Assembly (NCBI RefSeq): GCF_009914755.1
Contig: NC_060938.1
DNA length: 64,000 bases
Source: the human T2T-CHM13v2.0 reference genome, Homo sapiens
Direction: 5' to 3' (one strand)
Numbering within the stretch: the stretch's first letter is position 1; the number at the start of each line of letters is the position of its first letter. Below, one piece after another: positions 1 to 13,420 of the stretch. A model generated the notes under the pieces. It ran no database searches. It saw nothing but the letters and a program-made list of their open reading frames with translations, and was not told where the DNA came from. The position numbers and the translations under genes are program-made.

Positions 1-900
1 AACTTCTAGAAGTATGTGGCAGAAACACATCCACAACTTGTTAGAATTACAAAAATGTAACACAACCATCCGGAGGCCCTCCTCCCCATCCATAGCACCC
101 CACACAACTCTCCTCCCTTCCTATTTTATCCTGGAGATTGCATTTCTGTGCTATGAATACCAGTACTTAGGAGGGGCTTTTTTCTGACTGTTGTGTGGCC
201 AAGAACTGCCACCAGCAAACATTCTCAGGGGCTGCCCAGCACTATCTGCTTCAAGAGGGTGGATGCTGAGGACAAATCCATCCTCACTGTCATGCCAGCC
301 CTGCTGTCTGGGCCTCCAGGGGTACAGAGTGGGCAGGCAGGGACAGAGAGAATGACCAGCCTGGTGACCCCCCCAGCTCCTCCTGCAGGGAGTGAACACT
401 ACTCTGTGGATTTGCTATGTGGTTTGGACACACTCCCCAAGCTTTCTGCCTTTTGTTATGATACCATCATCTGTTCCTCATAGTTTCGGGGTCTGGACCT
501 CACTGTGTTTATACTCAGCATCACGAAGCCCGTGAGCTTGTGTATACAGGAGGCCACCAAATGTTTGGAGATAGAGGAGGGAGGTGAGAGTGTGCAGACA
601 TCTGCCTCCGCGGGAAGCAGATTCTCCTCTCACCTAGGAAACAGGTTGGAGGTTCTCAGCCCTGGGACTGGTGCTTCAGGGCCTGCGTGGACACGATGAC
701 AGTGTAGAGTGACTCAGGGCTGGTTGAGGGATGAAATCCTGGACATTCAGCCTGGAAGGGCCCTTTGATATAAATCTGGCCTGACCCTTCCCTTCCACAG
801 AGTATTATGAGTTTCAGCATGGTGAGGTAACTTACCCTCGGCCCCACGGTCAGTGGAAGAGCTGGTCTGGAATTGAGGATGCCTGTGTCTTAATTCACTG

Positions 901-1052
901 TATTTCTATTTTATTTTATTATTTTATTTTATGATAGAGATGGGGTCTTGCTGTGTGGTCCAGGCTGGTCTTGAACTCCCGGCCTCAAGTGATCCTCCAG
1001 CCCAAGCCTACCAAAGTGCTGAGATTACAGGTGTGAGCCACCATAACTGGCC
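901..1052 (-). mobile_element. Alu left monomer (FLAM-like)
   Basis: T-rich tail, then reverse-complement Alu left arm (caggctggtcttgaactcc...ccaaagtgctgagattacaggtgtgagccacc). Confidence 0.9.
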
Positions 1053-2986
1053 AACTCACTGCATTTCCATCCTCATTTTCTATTTAACCCACCAATAGTA
1101 ATTTGATTTTATATAAATACATGTCTACATTTTCATGATCAAAAGTACAGGCAATATTTTTAATAAAAGGTTTAAATATCCCAAATAGCCTACAAAGAAA
1201 AGAATATAACTTTTCCCAATGACTGTATCACGTCCCCAGAGGGATCTTAGAACCCGATGTTCCTGAGTGCAAATCCCAACATGCAAACCCTGACCCTGCC
1301 CTACCAAATGGTGCTTTAATACTTGAACCAACTCTCACACTTTGGAGCTCTTTGCAGGGTATGTGTGTACATGTTTGTGTGTGCATGTTTGCACATATAG
1401 GCATTTTTGTTGTAATAATACTTGTTGCACCAATATTTCAAATGAATACAGAAGTGACCATTTTTGGAAGAATCTGCCCCTCTTTAGACGCTCAGGCATT
1501 AGACATTGTCAGTGGTGGTCAGTGTTCCCAGTTCTTGCTTTTTTGCATGTGTAGGTGATACTGGATAGGAAGAGCCTAGCTTTCTGTACCAGAAGCTCAA
1601 TTATAAAGTGGTTATTGGAACTGGGAATACATTTTCTCATAAAAATAATGCGATTATACATGATGGCAGTGCGGTTTAGTTAATCCTTGAAACTTGCTTA
1701 ACTCCATATACAGTTGAAATACTGCCCATTTAGACTTAATGCAAGTATGAAACCGTCTTTTTCACCATCAGTGCTTAAATGGAAAAATTATAAAACTAAA
1801 TAAGACATTGTTTGTAATGATCACGAATGCTGGTGGTAGGGGTGAGCGGCTTTTATTAGAAGTGGAGGTAGGTGGTGACTTTGCAAGGATGAGATGAGAT
1901 ATTCTAAGGGCTTTGGATGGGGATGGTCCCAGATCTTGAGCATGGTTCATTTGACTTTTACGCTTTGGCTTTCTCTTCCTTCTCTTAGGCTTCATTAGCT
2001 CCACTGATAATCAGATGTGATTAGGGTTTGGGATTTTGCTCACCAATGGAATAGAGTGAAGGGAGAAAAAGGGAAACATTTTTTCCTCTTGAGATCAGTA
2101 GGTGTGAGTTGGAATACAGCAGACAAAGAAACTGCCTATGTATGGACTCAGGGACGCCCTTAGGGTGAGATTATTTCTTGCGGGGAGGAGAAAGGAAGCA
2201 GGAGACAGCTGATACACAGGCCCACGCATGCAGCTTATGCCCAATGGTCTGTGGGGGTCACTAATAGTGCAGAGCCCTGCATGCTCCCTGTTTCTGATGA
2301 AAGTGAGAGTCACCTCAAATCAACATGTCAATACCATTCAATCAGCCCAATCCCATGCCATCCCATGGAAGAAATATCCTGCCAGCCAGAAGGAAAGATC
2401 TGATTGCCCTGACATTTTCCTGGAACCCGGACCCAGCCGGGCCCCAGAACAACTCCATGGACACGAATCCCAGAATCCTTCAGGGCACCTGGGGGAGTGG
2501 ATAGGAAGAGAGGGACTTAGAAATTTTGAATGAGGCCTGAGCTCCACTTTCTGAAGGCAGTACTGTGTGAGAGAGAGCTGTTCTTAGATGGGCCCATTAG
2601 GCCTCGAAAAGGAGAAAAGGAAAGAACTTGACATTACAAGTGTTCCCTGTAAGAGAAGAAAGGGGATGATGAAGAGGCATGATCACCTCCCTGTACCACC
2701 CGCCAGTGACACTGACCCTACCCTGGCTTAGCTAAAGTTAAACAAATGGAGTGGTAGTGAACTGACATCCCAAATGCTGGTTTGGGAGGAAACAACCACA
2801 GACTCATTCATTGTGCTCATGGTGCTTATAAATACCTGGTTTAGGGAATTAAATGTTGATGAAGATTATCTAGGGGCTTATACAGTCTATCCAGCCCCTT
2901 AGTTCTTAAAATTTATCATTGAATCACATCAGCTATAGGTCGGAACCATGTGGTTTCAGTCTTCCGTGGAGATGATTTTAATCAGC

Positions 2987-2988
2987 TA

Positions 2989-3022
<34 letters not shown>

Positions 3023-3302
3023 CATATATGTACATATATACATATATATGTATTTACTTTTATATATGTATACATACATATATGTGTGTATATATACACA
3101 TATACACATATACGTATACACATATACACATATACGTATATACATATACACATATACATATATACATATACACATATACGTATATATACATATACACATA
3201 TACGTATATACATATACACATATACGTATGTATATGTACACGTATACGTATACACGTATACACGCATACGTATATATACGTATATATATGTATTTACTTT
3301 TA
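2987..3302. repeat. Compound (TG)n/(TA)/(CA) microsatellite-minisatellite in an Alu-monomer tail
   Basis: (TG)n then repeated tatacacatatacg-type units; tatatatgtatttactttta occurs at about 3043-3062 and again at 3283-3302. Confidence 0.95.
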
Positions 3303-3416
3303 AATAGCAACAGGGGTCTCTCTAGGTTGCTCAGACTGGTCTCCAACCCCTGAGCTCAGGTGATCCACCCACCTTGGCCTCCCAAAGTGCTGGGATCATG
3401 AGCCACCGCACCAGGT
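3303..3416 (-). mobile_element. Alu left monomer (FLAM-like)
   Basis: ctggtctccaacccctgagctcaggtgatccacccaccttggcctcccaaagtgctggga. Confidence 0.85.
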
Positions 3417-3420
3417 CATG

Positions 3421-3745
<325 letters not shown>

Positions 3746-4031
3746 TAAGAGACAAAATTATGGGATTTCTTGTCATATTTATGGTTACAGTGTTGTTTTC
3801 TTTATGGGGATCAATGGAATAAATTTCTCTTTCTTCATTCCAGGAATAGTTATGCTTCTCCTAAACACCTGGCTTTTAGTTTATGGACCCTATAAACCAT
3901 ACAACTGACCATGCCTCCTTTTTTTTTCTTTTTTGCTCTACCCACTAGGAAGCTCATATTTAAATTTGAAGTTACATCTTGAGCAAATGTATAGCCCCTC
4001 ACAACCGACAGAGCCAAAATGTCACTCTTAG

Positions 4032-4301
<270 letters not shown>

Positions 4302-5250
4302 TAAAAAGCAATCTTAAATTATTCGGGGAACAAGGTGGTTAAATAAATAAATACAAAGGTGGCAATGGGGCACTGGCTCACACAAACCCAGTTGCTGAGT
4401 GTGGTTGGGTGGCTTTGAACAACAGGCTATTCATAAGTACAGGAAATTTGCAAGACCGATGTTAGAAACTCTGGAAGTACCTGCACTATTTATAGTTGCA
4501 TTTTTAAACAAATTCTTGAATCTGAGTGGTGAATATGTGCCATTCTCACTGGAAAGGTAATTATTAAATTCCTTAGTAGTCCATTTGGCCAAGGTATAGA
4601 AGTACCTCTACGTTCAGGGGAACAAGCGGCTGGCAATTTCTTTCATCTAAGCAGAGCTGTTTTCTTTTTAAGGTTAATTCCACATATGTGCCCATTCAAA
4701 GATCAAAGTCCAAATACTTAGTCAAAACCACTGATTTTGCAAATCCTCAGCCAGTCTTGGACTAGATTTGCAACCACCAAGTACTGAAGAAAGCAAAATG
4801 AAATCAAACCAGACCCTTACAAAACACATGGTGTATCAAACATTTTTTTTTTCCTAGTTAGTACTCAATGCTGAACCCTGTCGCTCTTCAAATTATCCCT
4901 TTCTCCTTAACTGGGAAGAGAAACAATCAAAGATTAGAAAAGGCTTGAATGGGTCAAATAAGGGTGTTTATTTTCTGAATTACCTCTCTCAGTCTAAACA
5001 TTCTTTCCATTTCTCCCTCTGTCATCTGGTCTCAAGAGGGAACGGCTGCATGGTGATGAGCCTACCTTTTTGCAGATGTTACAAGTGTGGGGTAAAGCTC
5101 AGCACTCTGGGGTGGGTACAGCATATGTGGGATTTGGAGCATAGGACGTAATCCAGGGTTTTCCTGGGGCTGCTTCCCCACTGGACCAGCTGGAGGCCAA
5201 ATTGTGAAGAGGGAGAAGGGAAAAGATTGGTCCTGGTCCTTCAGCCATTC

Positions 5251-5552
5251 TTTTTTTTTTTTTTTTAGATGGAGTCTCATTCTCATTCTGTTGCCCAGGC
5301 TGGAGTGCAATGGCGTGACCTCAGCTTATTGCAACTTCCGCCTCCTTGGTTCAAGCGATTCTCTTGCCTCAGCCTCCGAGCAGCTGGGACTATTGGCAAG
5401 CGCCATCATGCCCAGCTAATTTTTGTATTTTTAGTAGAGACGGGGTTTCACCTTGTTGGCCAGGCTAGTCTCAAACTCCTGACCTCAAGTGATCCACCTG
5501 CCTCGGCCTCCCACAGTGTTGGGATTATAAGCGAGAGCTACCATGCCCAGCC
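5251..5552 (-). mobile_element. Alu (AluS-like)
   Basis: Full dimer; TSD ccttcagccat at 5238-5248 and 5553-5563. Confidence 0.95.
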
Positions 5553-6355
5553 CCTTCAGCCATCTTTTCCAATGAATCCTGACTCTCACCCGCTTAGACT
5601 CAAGGATGTCAAGATTATCTGGCACACATTTTAACAGTGCAGAAAATCAACCCAGAATATGGAGGGGAGTTTGAAAATCCCACTGTATTTGGAAAGAAAA
5701 GACTTTGGAAAAAAGAAAAAACCAACTTGTAACCTTCAAAAGAACATCTGTCTGGTTTTCCCTGTATGAGATATTGATGGAATTAATACACATTTGTACA
5801 CACGCTTGCCTTAAAAAACAGCCCCTCAGAAATGCACAGTGGTTCTCCCTGAGTGGTAGAATTCCAGAGGATTGTTTTTTGTTTCTCTTGCTTGGCTCTA
5901 CGGTCTGCTTTTTTCTCAATAGATGCAAATAACAATATAGTTGGATGCTAAGTGGGAGTCACATTCTAAAGTCAGTGTGTAAAGAAGAAAATCATATCCA
6001 GTAAAATTACTTGTGAAGATAACTTCTCTACTAACATAGCATATACATGGCTTTATGTGTCACAAAGTAGTTGCCTTGCATTTAGGGGTCAAGATATAGA
6101 AAAATACACATTTTATACATTAGAGCCCATTGAAAGGTGCCATAAGGTGCCAAGGTTTGTGGTAAATGAGACCAATTGGGGAAGCATCTGCCATCTTTTT
6201 TCCTCAGTCTTACTGTGGAGCCCATATTTACTGAGTGGAATGGCCCAAGGAAACATCTTCACTCTTCGTATCATTTTCTCTCTCTCTTTCTCTCTCTTTT
6301 CCCAGGATGTAGGGTGGAGACTTGTCTTAAAGCTGAGTTGCAAAGCCAGGCAATG

Positions 6356-6605
6356 TTTTTGTTTTTTTTTTTCTCGGAGGTGGAGTCTTGCTTTGTTGCT
6401 CAGGCTGGAGGGCAGTGCCACAATCTTGGCTCACTGCAGCCTCTGCCTCCCCAGCCTCAGCCTCCCCAGTAGCTGGGATTACAGGCATGCACCACCAGTA
6501 TCATCATGTTGGCCAGGCTGGTCTCCAACTCCCGACCTCAAGTGATCCACCCACCTCGGCCTCCCAAAGTGCTGGGGTTATAGGCCTGAGCCCCCACGCC
6601 CAGCC
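6356..6605 (-). mobile_element. Alu with two internal deletions
   Basis: Both Alu ends present; TSD ccaggcaatgtttt at 6346-6359 and 6606-6619; central linker missing. Confidence 0.92.
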
Positions 6606-7044
6606 CCAGGCAATGTTTTAACTTACATTGCATGTTGCAGATCAGTAAAAATTAGCAATGTATTCTAAGGGTGAATTTATTCCCACTTCACTAAGACTAA
6701 GGAAGACTTCAGGCATGAGGTGGTAGGGATGGGGTTGGTCGGCCTTTCCGGAGGCCATGCGAGTGCCTGCCACATTTGCTTGGCAATGCAGCCTGGAGGC
6801 TCTGGGCTGCTGTTGCAAGGCTCATCTGTGAGGATGATTCTGTTGCTTAACTATGGGTCATTTTCCTCTGTGGGGTCCTGCTCTGGCTAGGTTGGGGTGA
6901 GTGGCAGAAGAAGAGATTAGTCGCAGGGATGGAGTGGAAATGTTTTATTTATCCCTCTTCCTCACTCTCTCATCCTCAAATACACACAGGTCCCCATAAG
7001 ACTGGCATGTCCCTGGGAAGTGTCTGGGGTCCCAGACAGAGGGA

Positions 7045-7345
7045 GCATTCACCCACCACTCAACACAGACTTATTGAGAACCTATTATGTGTGAGGCACT
7101 GGGGATATGTATTGAGTAATGTTCTATGACAGACCTTCATACTTATAGGTACAAACAGGGGTAAGTTCTCCAAGAATAAAAGGCAGCATTCTACGAGACT
7201 CTATAACCAAGGTCCTAATTTGGGCCATTTTGGGGAGAAGGCTTTAAGAGAAGGGCTCTCTGAAGAGCTGCCATTGAGGGGCTGTGAGATGAGAGAGTGT
7301 TAGCCAGAATGAGTGTGGGAGGGTGCATTCCCTCAGAGGGTAAAA
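7045..7345 (-). mobile_element. L2 relic
   Basis: cattcacc...caacacagacttattgagaacctattatgtgtgaggcactgggga is typical of the L2 3' end in reverse. Confidence 0.6.
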
Positions 7346-7889
7346 CATTTGTGTCACTTCCAGCCAAGGAGACATGACCCCCTCCCTCGCCAAGAGCAGA
7401 GGAAGCCCTTCTTAGCTAAAAATAAGTTTGTTGAGCCTCTGGGGGAAATCCTGCCACTGCCCAGAGAAAGACCCCTAGAAAGGTGATTTTGTGGCTCTAA
7501 CCCTCTGCACCCACCCCACAGGATGTGTGGGGCTGGTGGTCCCCAAACTGCGGCTCCCGACCTTTCCAGCTAATTTTGCCTTCCTGAGAGTGTGTCTCCA
7601 GCACGGCTGGGCTCCCAAGCTGGGCGCCCGCCAGTCAGTCTGACCAGGGAAGGAACTATTTTGGGAATTTTTATGATGAAACAATATTTTTTTGGTAAAC
7701 AAATGGAAAGCTGTTAAACAGAGCTGCTCACCCCTAGCTCCTGGTTCACCTTTCTCCAAGGGGAGGTGTCACAGAGGTGGCACTATCCAGTGGGGATACT
7801 GTCCCCTGGGCTCTCCCTCTCCAAGCACACACCCCATCATTTCTCCCAGGATAAATAGCTATGGCTCCCCACGTCCTGCCTTGGACTCC

Positions 7890-8200
7890 TTTTTTTTTTT
7901 TTTTTTTTTTTTTTCCTGGAGACAGGGTCTCACTGTGTCACTCAGGCTGGAGTGCAGTGGGGCACAATCTTGGCTCACTGCAGCCTTGACCTCCCTGGCT
8001 CAGGTGATCCTCCCACCTCAGCCTCCCCAGCAGCTGGGACAACACATGTGTGCCACCCATCTGGCTAATTTTTGTATTTTTTGTAGAGACAGGGTTTTGC
8101 TACATTGTCCAGGCTGGTCTCAAACTCCTGGACTCAAGCCATCCATCTGCCTCGGCTTCCAAAGTGCTGGGATTACAGGGGTGAGCCACTATACCCGGCT
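7890..8200 (-). mobile_element. Alu (AluJ-like)
   Basis: Full dimer, long T-tail, degenerate TSD gccttgg(a/c)ctcctt. Confidence 0.93.
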
Positions 8201-8299
8201 GCCTTGGCCTCCTTGAAAACAAAACTTTGGTGCAGTTTGGGATCGTGGGGGGGCTGGGCCCAGCCTGATTGGCTTCCTCCAGGCCTGAGATGGACCGGA

Positions 8300-8480
8300 C
8301 TTAGAATGTTAGCATCGGAAGGGCCCTTAGAGAACATCTGCCACCCCTTACTGACCCCCTTCACAGGTGAGGGGATCAAGGCCCAGAGAGGGGAGACCAG
8401 TTTCCCAAGGTCATATAGCTTATCAGTCGCAAATGGGGTTGAAGCCTCAGATGTCAGACTCCTGGCCCTGTTCTCTTTCT
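8300..8480 (-). mobile_element. MIR relic
   Basis: Reverse MIR core: acaggtgaggggatcaaggcccagagagggg...cccaaggtcatatagct. Confidence 0.65.
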
Positions 8481-8989
8481 TCAGAAATAACGAGCCAAGC
8501 TAGTGGTCAAAAAAAAGAAACAATAGATTCCACTTTCAGTATTTTGTAGAGCACCTACAACTATACACTAAGAGCAAATCATAAGTCTGCTAAGTCTCTG
8601 AGCAATGACCGCACTCTCAACCTCACCTGGAAGAAGGCTCTCCTTCCGGGACTGGCCTGGCCTCTCCGGAGATGGCTGCCTCAGCCTACCTGTGCACTTG
8701 CCTCTGATTGGCTGCTGTGGAGACTGGGGCTGCGTTAGCCAGGGCACCTCTCCTTGGTGCCAGGAGACCACCCCTGCCCAAGCCTCGTTCCTCCAGTGGT
8801 TTCATCACCTCTTGTTCTACCCAATGGCCCCCAGCCATCCACAGCTTCCAGGGCTTGGTTTTCTCAGCTGGACCATGATCCTATTTTTATGTTTGAGCTC
8901 AGAGAACATGATTAATGCCCTCTACTGAAAACAGGATTGATGCATCACCTTCTCCTACTGATGGATCAAATGGGGCTGCTGTAAAAATA

Positions 8990-9200
8990 GTAATAATAGC
9001 TACCCCTTATTGAGTCCCCACTGGGCTCTTATAGACGTCTCATTTCATACTCACAGCAGCTCTGCGTGGTAGAGGTTATTTGTCCCACTTTACAAATGAA
9101 GTTACTGAATGCCAGAGAAGTCCAAGTTCACATGATCAATGAGTAAGTAGTAGCATTGGGATTCACCCAGCTCTGTCTGGCTTGAATCCTACAGTTCTCC
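8990..9200 (-). mobile_element. MIR relic
   Basis: taataatagctac...cccactttacaaatgaagttactga...ggattcacccagctctgtctgg. Confidence 0.65.
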
Positions 9201-9349
9201 CCATCAGGCAGCCTCCAAGTATGAGACAAAGAGAATCTGGCCAGGAACATGTAGCAGCAGAAGGGACAAATGTGAGTTTCAACAGATTAAACATTAGGGT
9301 TAAAGGAAAGAGACAAACAGAACATGTCACCTGAGTTTTGAATCTTTTA

Positions 9350-9740
9350 TTACTCTAGAGTCTTTCATTTTTGAGTGACAGAACCCAACTCAATTCAGCT
9401 CAAGTAAAAGAGAGCTTGTCTTTATGAGTGTACCTGGGAAGTTCAGGGTTGCAGCTGGCTTTAGGAACAGCTGGATCCAGGGCACGGTCTTTCTCTTTCT
9501 CTTTCTGCTTGACTTTATTCTTCAGACAGGCTTTCTCCACATCATGGAATCAATGGTTGCTGGCAGTCCCAGACTCTCACCTCCCAGCAGAAAGGACCCT
9601 GTTTTTTCCCGCAAACTTTGGTGAGAAAATTCCAGGAAGGACTCCAATTGGCTGGCTTAGTCTTGTGCCCATTTCTGAGAATCACCATGGCCAGGTGCAT
9701 GGAGGACTCTGGGCTGCGGGAGGGGCATGTGCCACATGGA
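9350..9740 (-). mobile_element. MLT1-family (MaLR) LTR relic
   Basis: agtgacagaacccaactcaattcagctcaagtaaaag...gctggctttaggaacagctggatccagggc. Confidence 0.65.
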
Positions 9741-9899
9741 ATGTGCTCCCCAAAGGGAAAAGGAGCTTTGGTATCTGATGAAGGGGAGAAAGGGTTCTGG
9801 AAAGACAGAAACGAAGATTCCTCTAGGCTGGGAGACTGGGATGTTGGCATCACTGATGGTCAGAGGGAGGAGATAGGAGGAATGGTTACTTAGTAATAA

Positions 9900-10140
9900 T
9901 AATACTAATTATAACAACAGTCATAAGCAACATGTATTACTTTACAGCTTACAAAGCCCTTTCACATACCTTATTTAATCCTCATCCAATCTGGAAGGTA
10001 GGCAGAACAGAGGTTGTTACTGACCTCATTTTACAGATGAAGGGATAGTTTCGGAGAGGATAAAAGATGGGCTCATGGCTGGTAGGTAGCAAGTCTGGGA
10101 CTCAGATGGACTCACAGTCATGTTCTCTGAATCCAGGTAC
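9900..10140 (-). mobile_element. MIR relic
   Basis: tttacagcttacaaagccctttcacatacc...cctcattttacagatgaagg. Confidence 0.65.
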
Positions 10141-10649
10141 AGGAGAGAAGACATGCTGAGCCTGTAATACCTGGTGTCCTCAAGGCAGATGCTACTCTCA
10201 AGGTAACAAGCACAGCTGAGCATGTCACTTTGGGGTCATTTAGCTTAGTGTGGTCCCTGGATAGGTTTTAAGTGCCACGAGGACAGGGACCTTATCTGTC
10301 TAGTTCACTAGTCTACCTTAGTGCCAAGCAGGTGTGGGGTTTGGAGACCAGAACTGTAGGCAAGGACTGAGCCTTGGAGGGTGAGTGTGGGGAGAGAAAA
10401 TGAGGAGGAGGAGCCCAAAATGCAGCTTGGTTGGCCCAAGCTCTAGAGAACCTTTGCCAAATGCACTGCCAACCTCGGCATCTGCTGGGCAGACCAAGCT
10501 GGCCATATAGGATCTATAGACTGAAACCCCCCGGTCAGTGCAACTGAACTGGGTTAGCACCAGATATGCCCTACTTTGTGGTTCCTGTCTTTGCTGTATC
10601 TGACTCTGCTTCTCTGGGTAGATGTACTATTTGCATTTTAATTAAATTC

Positions 10650-11050
10650 AAGTCAATCAAACTCCACTTTTTGAACAACCAACTACATGCCAGGCATTGT
10701 GCTATGCTCCAGGGATATGGAGATAAGTAAGACACAATTTCTGCCGTTCTAAGGGCAACTCATTCATTAAGCCCCCATTATCTCCCAGGTACTTACTGTG
10801 TTAAGCACTGGGTATACAAGATTAGGTGAAATTCTTATTCTAGGTTGTAGGAGATGACCCAGATTTATGCCCAATTGATCCTAATACAAAGTGATAGTGA
10901 TTTGATCTGCATATAAAAAAGTGTTTGGGGATTAGGGAGATAGAACGACTACTTTTTGTTTGGGAAACACAGGGCACTCTTGAGAAAGAGATGTTATCTG
11001 AACTAGATTAGCAGAGCAAAGGAAAAAGGTAAGTGTGTACATGGCTTGCT
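10650..11050 (-). mobile_element. L2 relic(s)
   Basis: actacatgccaggcattgtgctatgctccagggatatggagataagtaagaca. Confidence 0.6.
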
Positions 11051-11534
11051 TAGAACGTGAAAGGGGAACTGTTTGGAGTGGGGAGAGGTGGCTCACTGGG
11101 GGAGGTGGTGGGAAGGAGGCTAAGCTTAAAAACCAGTCAAGCAGTTTTTCACTTTATCTTTTGATGCCCTGGTCTCTTGGAATGGAAATCTTTGCCTGGT
11201 GTAGGTGTCTGTGTTTTGCCATCCAGTCATCTGTTGGTTTCACACTTTGTTCTACAAGGAAGCCTGTTGCTTTTTAAGATGTAAGCTCCTAGTGGGCAAG
11301 GCTAGTTTCCATGCTTTTTTGTTTGTTTGTTTTCTTTTTTTATTGTTGTTCTGAGCCCAGTACAACACGGATCTTAAGCAGATTCCCTGCACTGCTGTGG
11401 TCCAGGTGTGTCAAAGGGAGATCACGGCTGCAAGCTCTGCTGAGTGACTAGGGAGCAGATGCTGGGACACTCAGAGGCTGCTAAAACCAAGCACCTTGGG
11501 CTTCCTCATCTACCAGCTGTGGAGTTGTCATGAC

Positions 11535-11870
11535 TTATGTGCTGCAGTGGGCTGGTTGTCCACTGATATCCATTTCCCCCTCCATTTGATAACAGAACTC
11601 CAGAGTGGGAGCTGGACAGAAGGCCACCCAACCTCCTTTGTTATTGGGTCTGTCCATGTGACAATGTCTCAGCCACTGAGGGATCAGAAGAAACACACGT
11701 TTGAGTGTGGCCCAAAAAAGGAGTGTATGGCTGCTTCTCTTCCCATTTCTCGTTCTTACTGGGGGGATGAGGACCACTGGAGAAGCCACCTTGGATGCAG
11801 CAATGGAAGCCTGCATTGAAGATGGCAGAGCCACCCTAATAGCCTGGACCACCTACCTGTGGGCTGGTGT
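11535..11870 (+). mobile_element. MLT1-family LTR relic
   Basis: gatatccatttccccctccatttgataacagaactcc...gaagatggcagagccacc. Confidence 0.5.
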
Positions 11871-11880
11871 ATTTCTTTTA

Positions 11881-12017
11881 TAAAAAATTTTTTTTTGTAG
11901 AGACAGGGTCTCTCTTTATTGACCAGGCTGGTCTCAAATTCCTAGCCTCCAGTGATCCTCCTGTCTTGGCCTCCCAAAGTGCTGGGATTACAGGCGTGAG
12001 CCACCATGCCAGCCGGC
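11881..12017 (-). mobile_element. Alu left monomer (FLAM-like)
   Basis: Reverse Alu left arm with T-tail. Confidence 0.9.
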
Positions 12018-13179
12018 TTGTGTATTTTAAGCCTCTTTCTTACAGCTTAGTTTGTACCAAAATCTGTTTAGTAGAAGGAACCTTAGATGACTAGTGCTTT
12101 GTCCTGCAGTCTCACAAAAGTCACCCTATTTTTCCAGGCCTCAATTGCCACATCTGTCAGATGGGAATATTAATAACTCTTTACTCTCTCCATGGGAAAC
12201 TTCTAGGAACTGCAGATGTGCTATGATTTGCAAAGAGTAGAAAGCAAGGTAAAGTGTGTGGGGAGGGTTTTCAGGGTGAGTGAGTGAGAATCTCCCATCA
12301 GAGTTTATCATGCAGCCATTTCCTCTTCAGGGGCTTTTGATTAGCTCAGTTAAATGTCTGGTCCAGCTAATCAGAGCCAAGGTAGGCCCTGTGGTGGTTC
12401 ACCATCTCCCCAGACACAATTCTCCCCAGCCTTTCAAGTGCTCAGAAAACACAAAGTTTGTCTTGGCTGTAAGGGGTCAGACCTAAGGAAGTGATCCGGG
12501 TCGAAAAGCTTTTACACAATTGTAAGTAGTGGAATGTGCTGAACCCAGTTGAACCTCATTAAAATGCCACAGTGGGTTGAGTGTTCATGTTTCATGTTCG
12601 TGATGTTTGAATGTTTAAATTCACATGAAAAATGTAAGCAATGAGACGCAATAACTGGCAGGGTCTGGGCCACTATTTTAGGCAGACGGCTACCTGATGG
12701 TGTTAGCAGTGTTGACAGAACACATTGACTCTGAAGGACATGGTGGGGTTTCAGCTCAGGCAGGATCTGCACGTGGCTTGTAGATGTTTCCCACTCGGCT
12801 AAGCCACCATGAACAGGATTTGGCTTTTCTTATGCAACCCTGTCCTGTGCTTAACACACACCTGTTTGATTTGTGATACATGAAGGATAGAGCCAGTGGG
12901 ATCTGGGAAAGAGGGGCAAAGAGCAGTTTGAGAATGTCTTGGGGAAATTGAATGAAGAAGGAAAAAAAGGAAGGGCGTTCAGGCAAGAAATAAGACAATG
13001 TGTTGGAAGATTGGGAACAAATTTCTTAAATATCTCACAGTAGAAGAATAATAAATTATGGCCCAATTACTCATTCCATTCATTTAAAAACACATATTGT
13101 CTACCGTACACCAGGTTCCAGTGTTCCTAGGTTCAGGGACAAAATCCTGCACTTCATATTATGCACTATTTAAAATGAT

Positions 13180-13420
13180 AGTTATGAAGCTTACATAACA
13201 ACATGGAAAATGCTTATGATATAAATTTAGCAGAAGATACGAGGGTCAAATTAGTGTACACTGTGATGACAGACTGAAAAAAACAGATGCAGAGGAGAAT
13301 GAAGTGAGAAACTATGGCAAAAAGTAATGATTGATTGTGTTAGGGTGGTGGGGTTTTGGGGCAACCTTTCTGAATTTCCCAAACTTTCAGTACTGTAGTC
13401 GTATTGCATTCGTAAGTCTA
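13180..13420 (+). mobile_element. Old L1 (L1ME-like) 3' fragment
   Basis: acatggaaaatgcttatgatata...gtgttagggtggtggggtt...tttcccaaactttc. Confidence 0.5.

Noticed and set aside
1590-2060. Basic KPKRRKRKPKRK ORF or possible Tigger-like relic
   Set aside because: No TIRs or transposase motifs could be verified; a Dfam search is needed.
2948-3353. Six overlapping ORFs rich in Y/I/H/T/V/C
   Set aside because: Translation artefact of a stop-free dinucleotide repeat.
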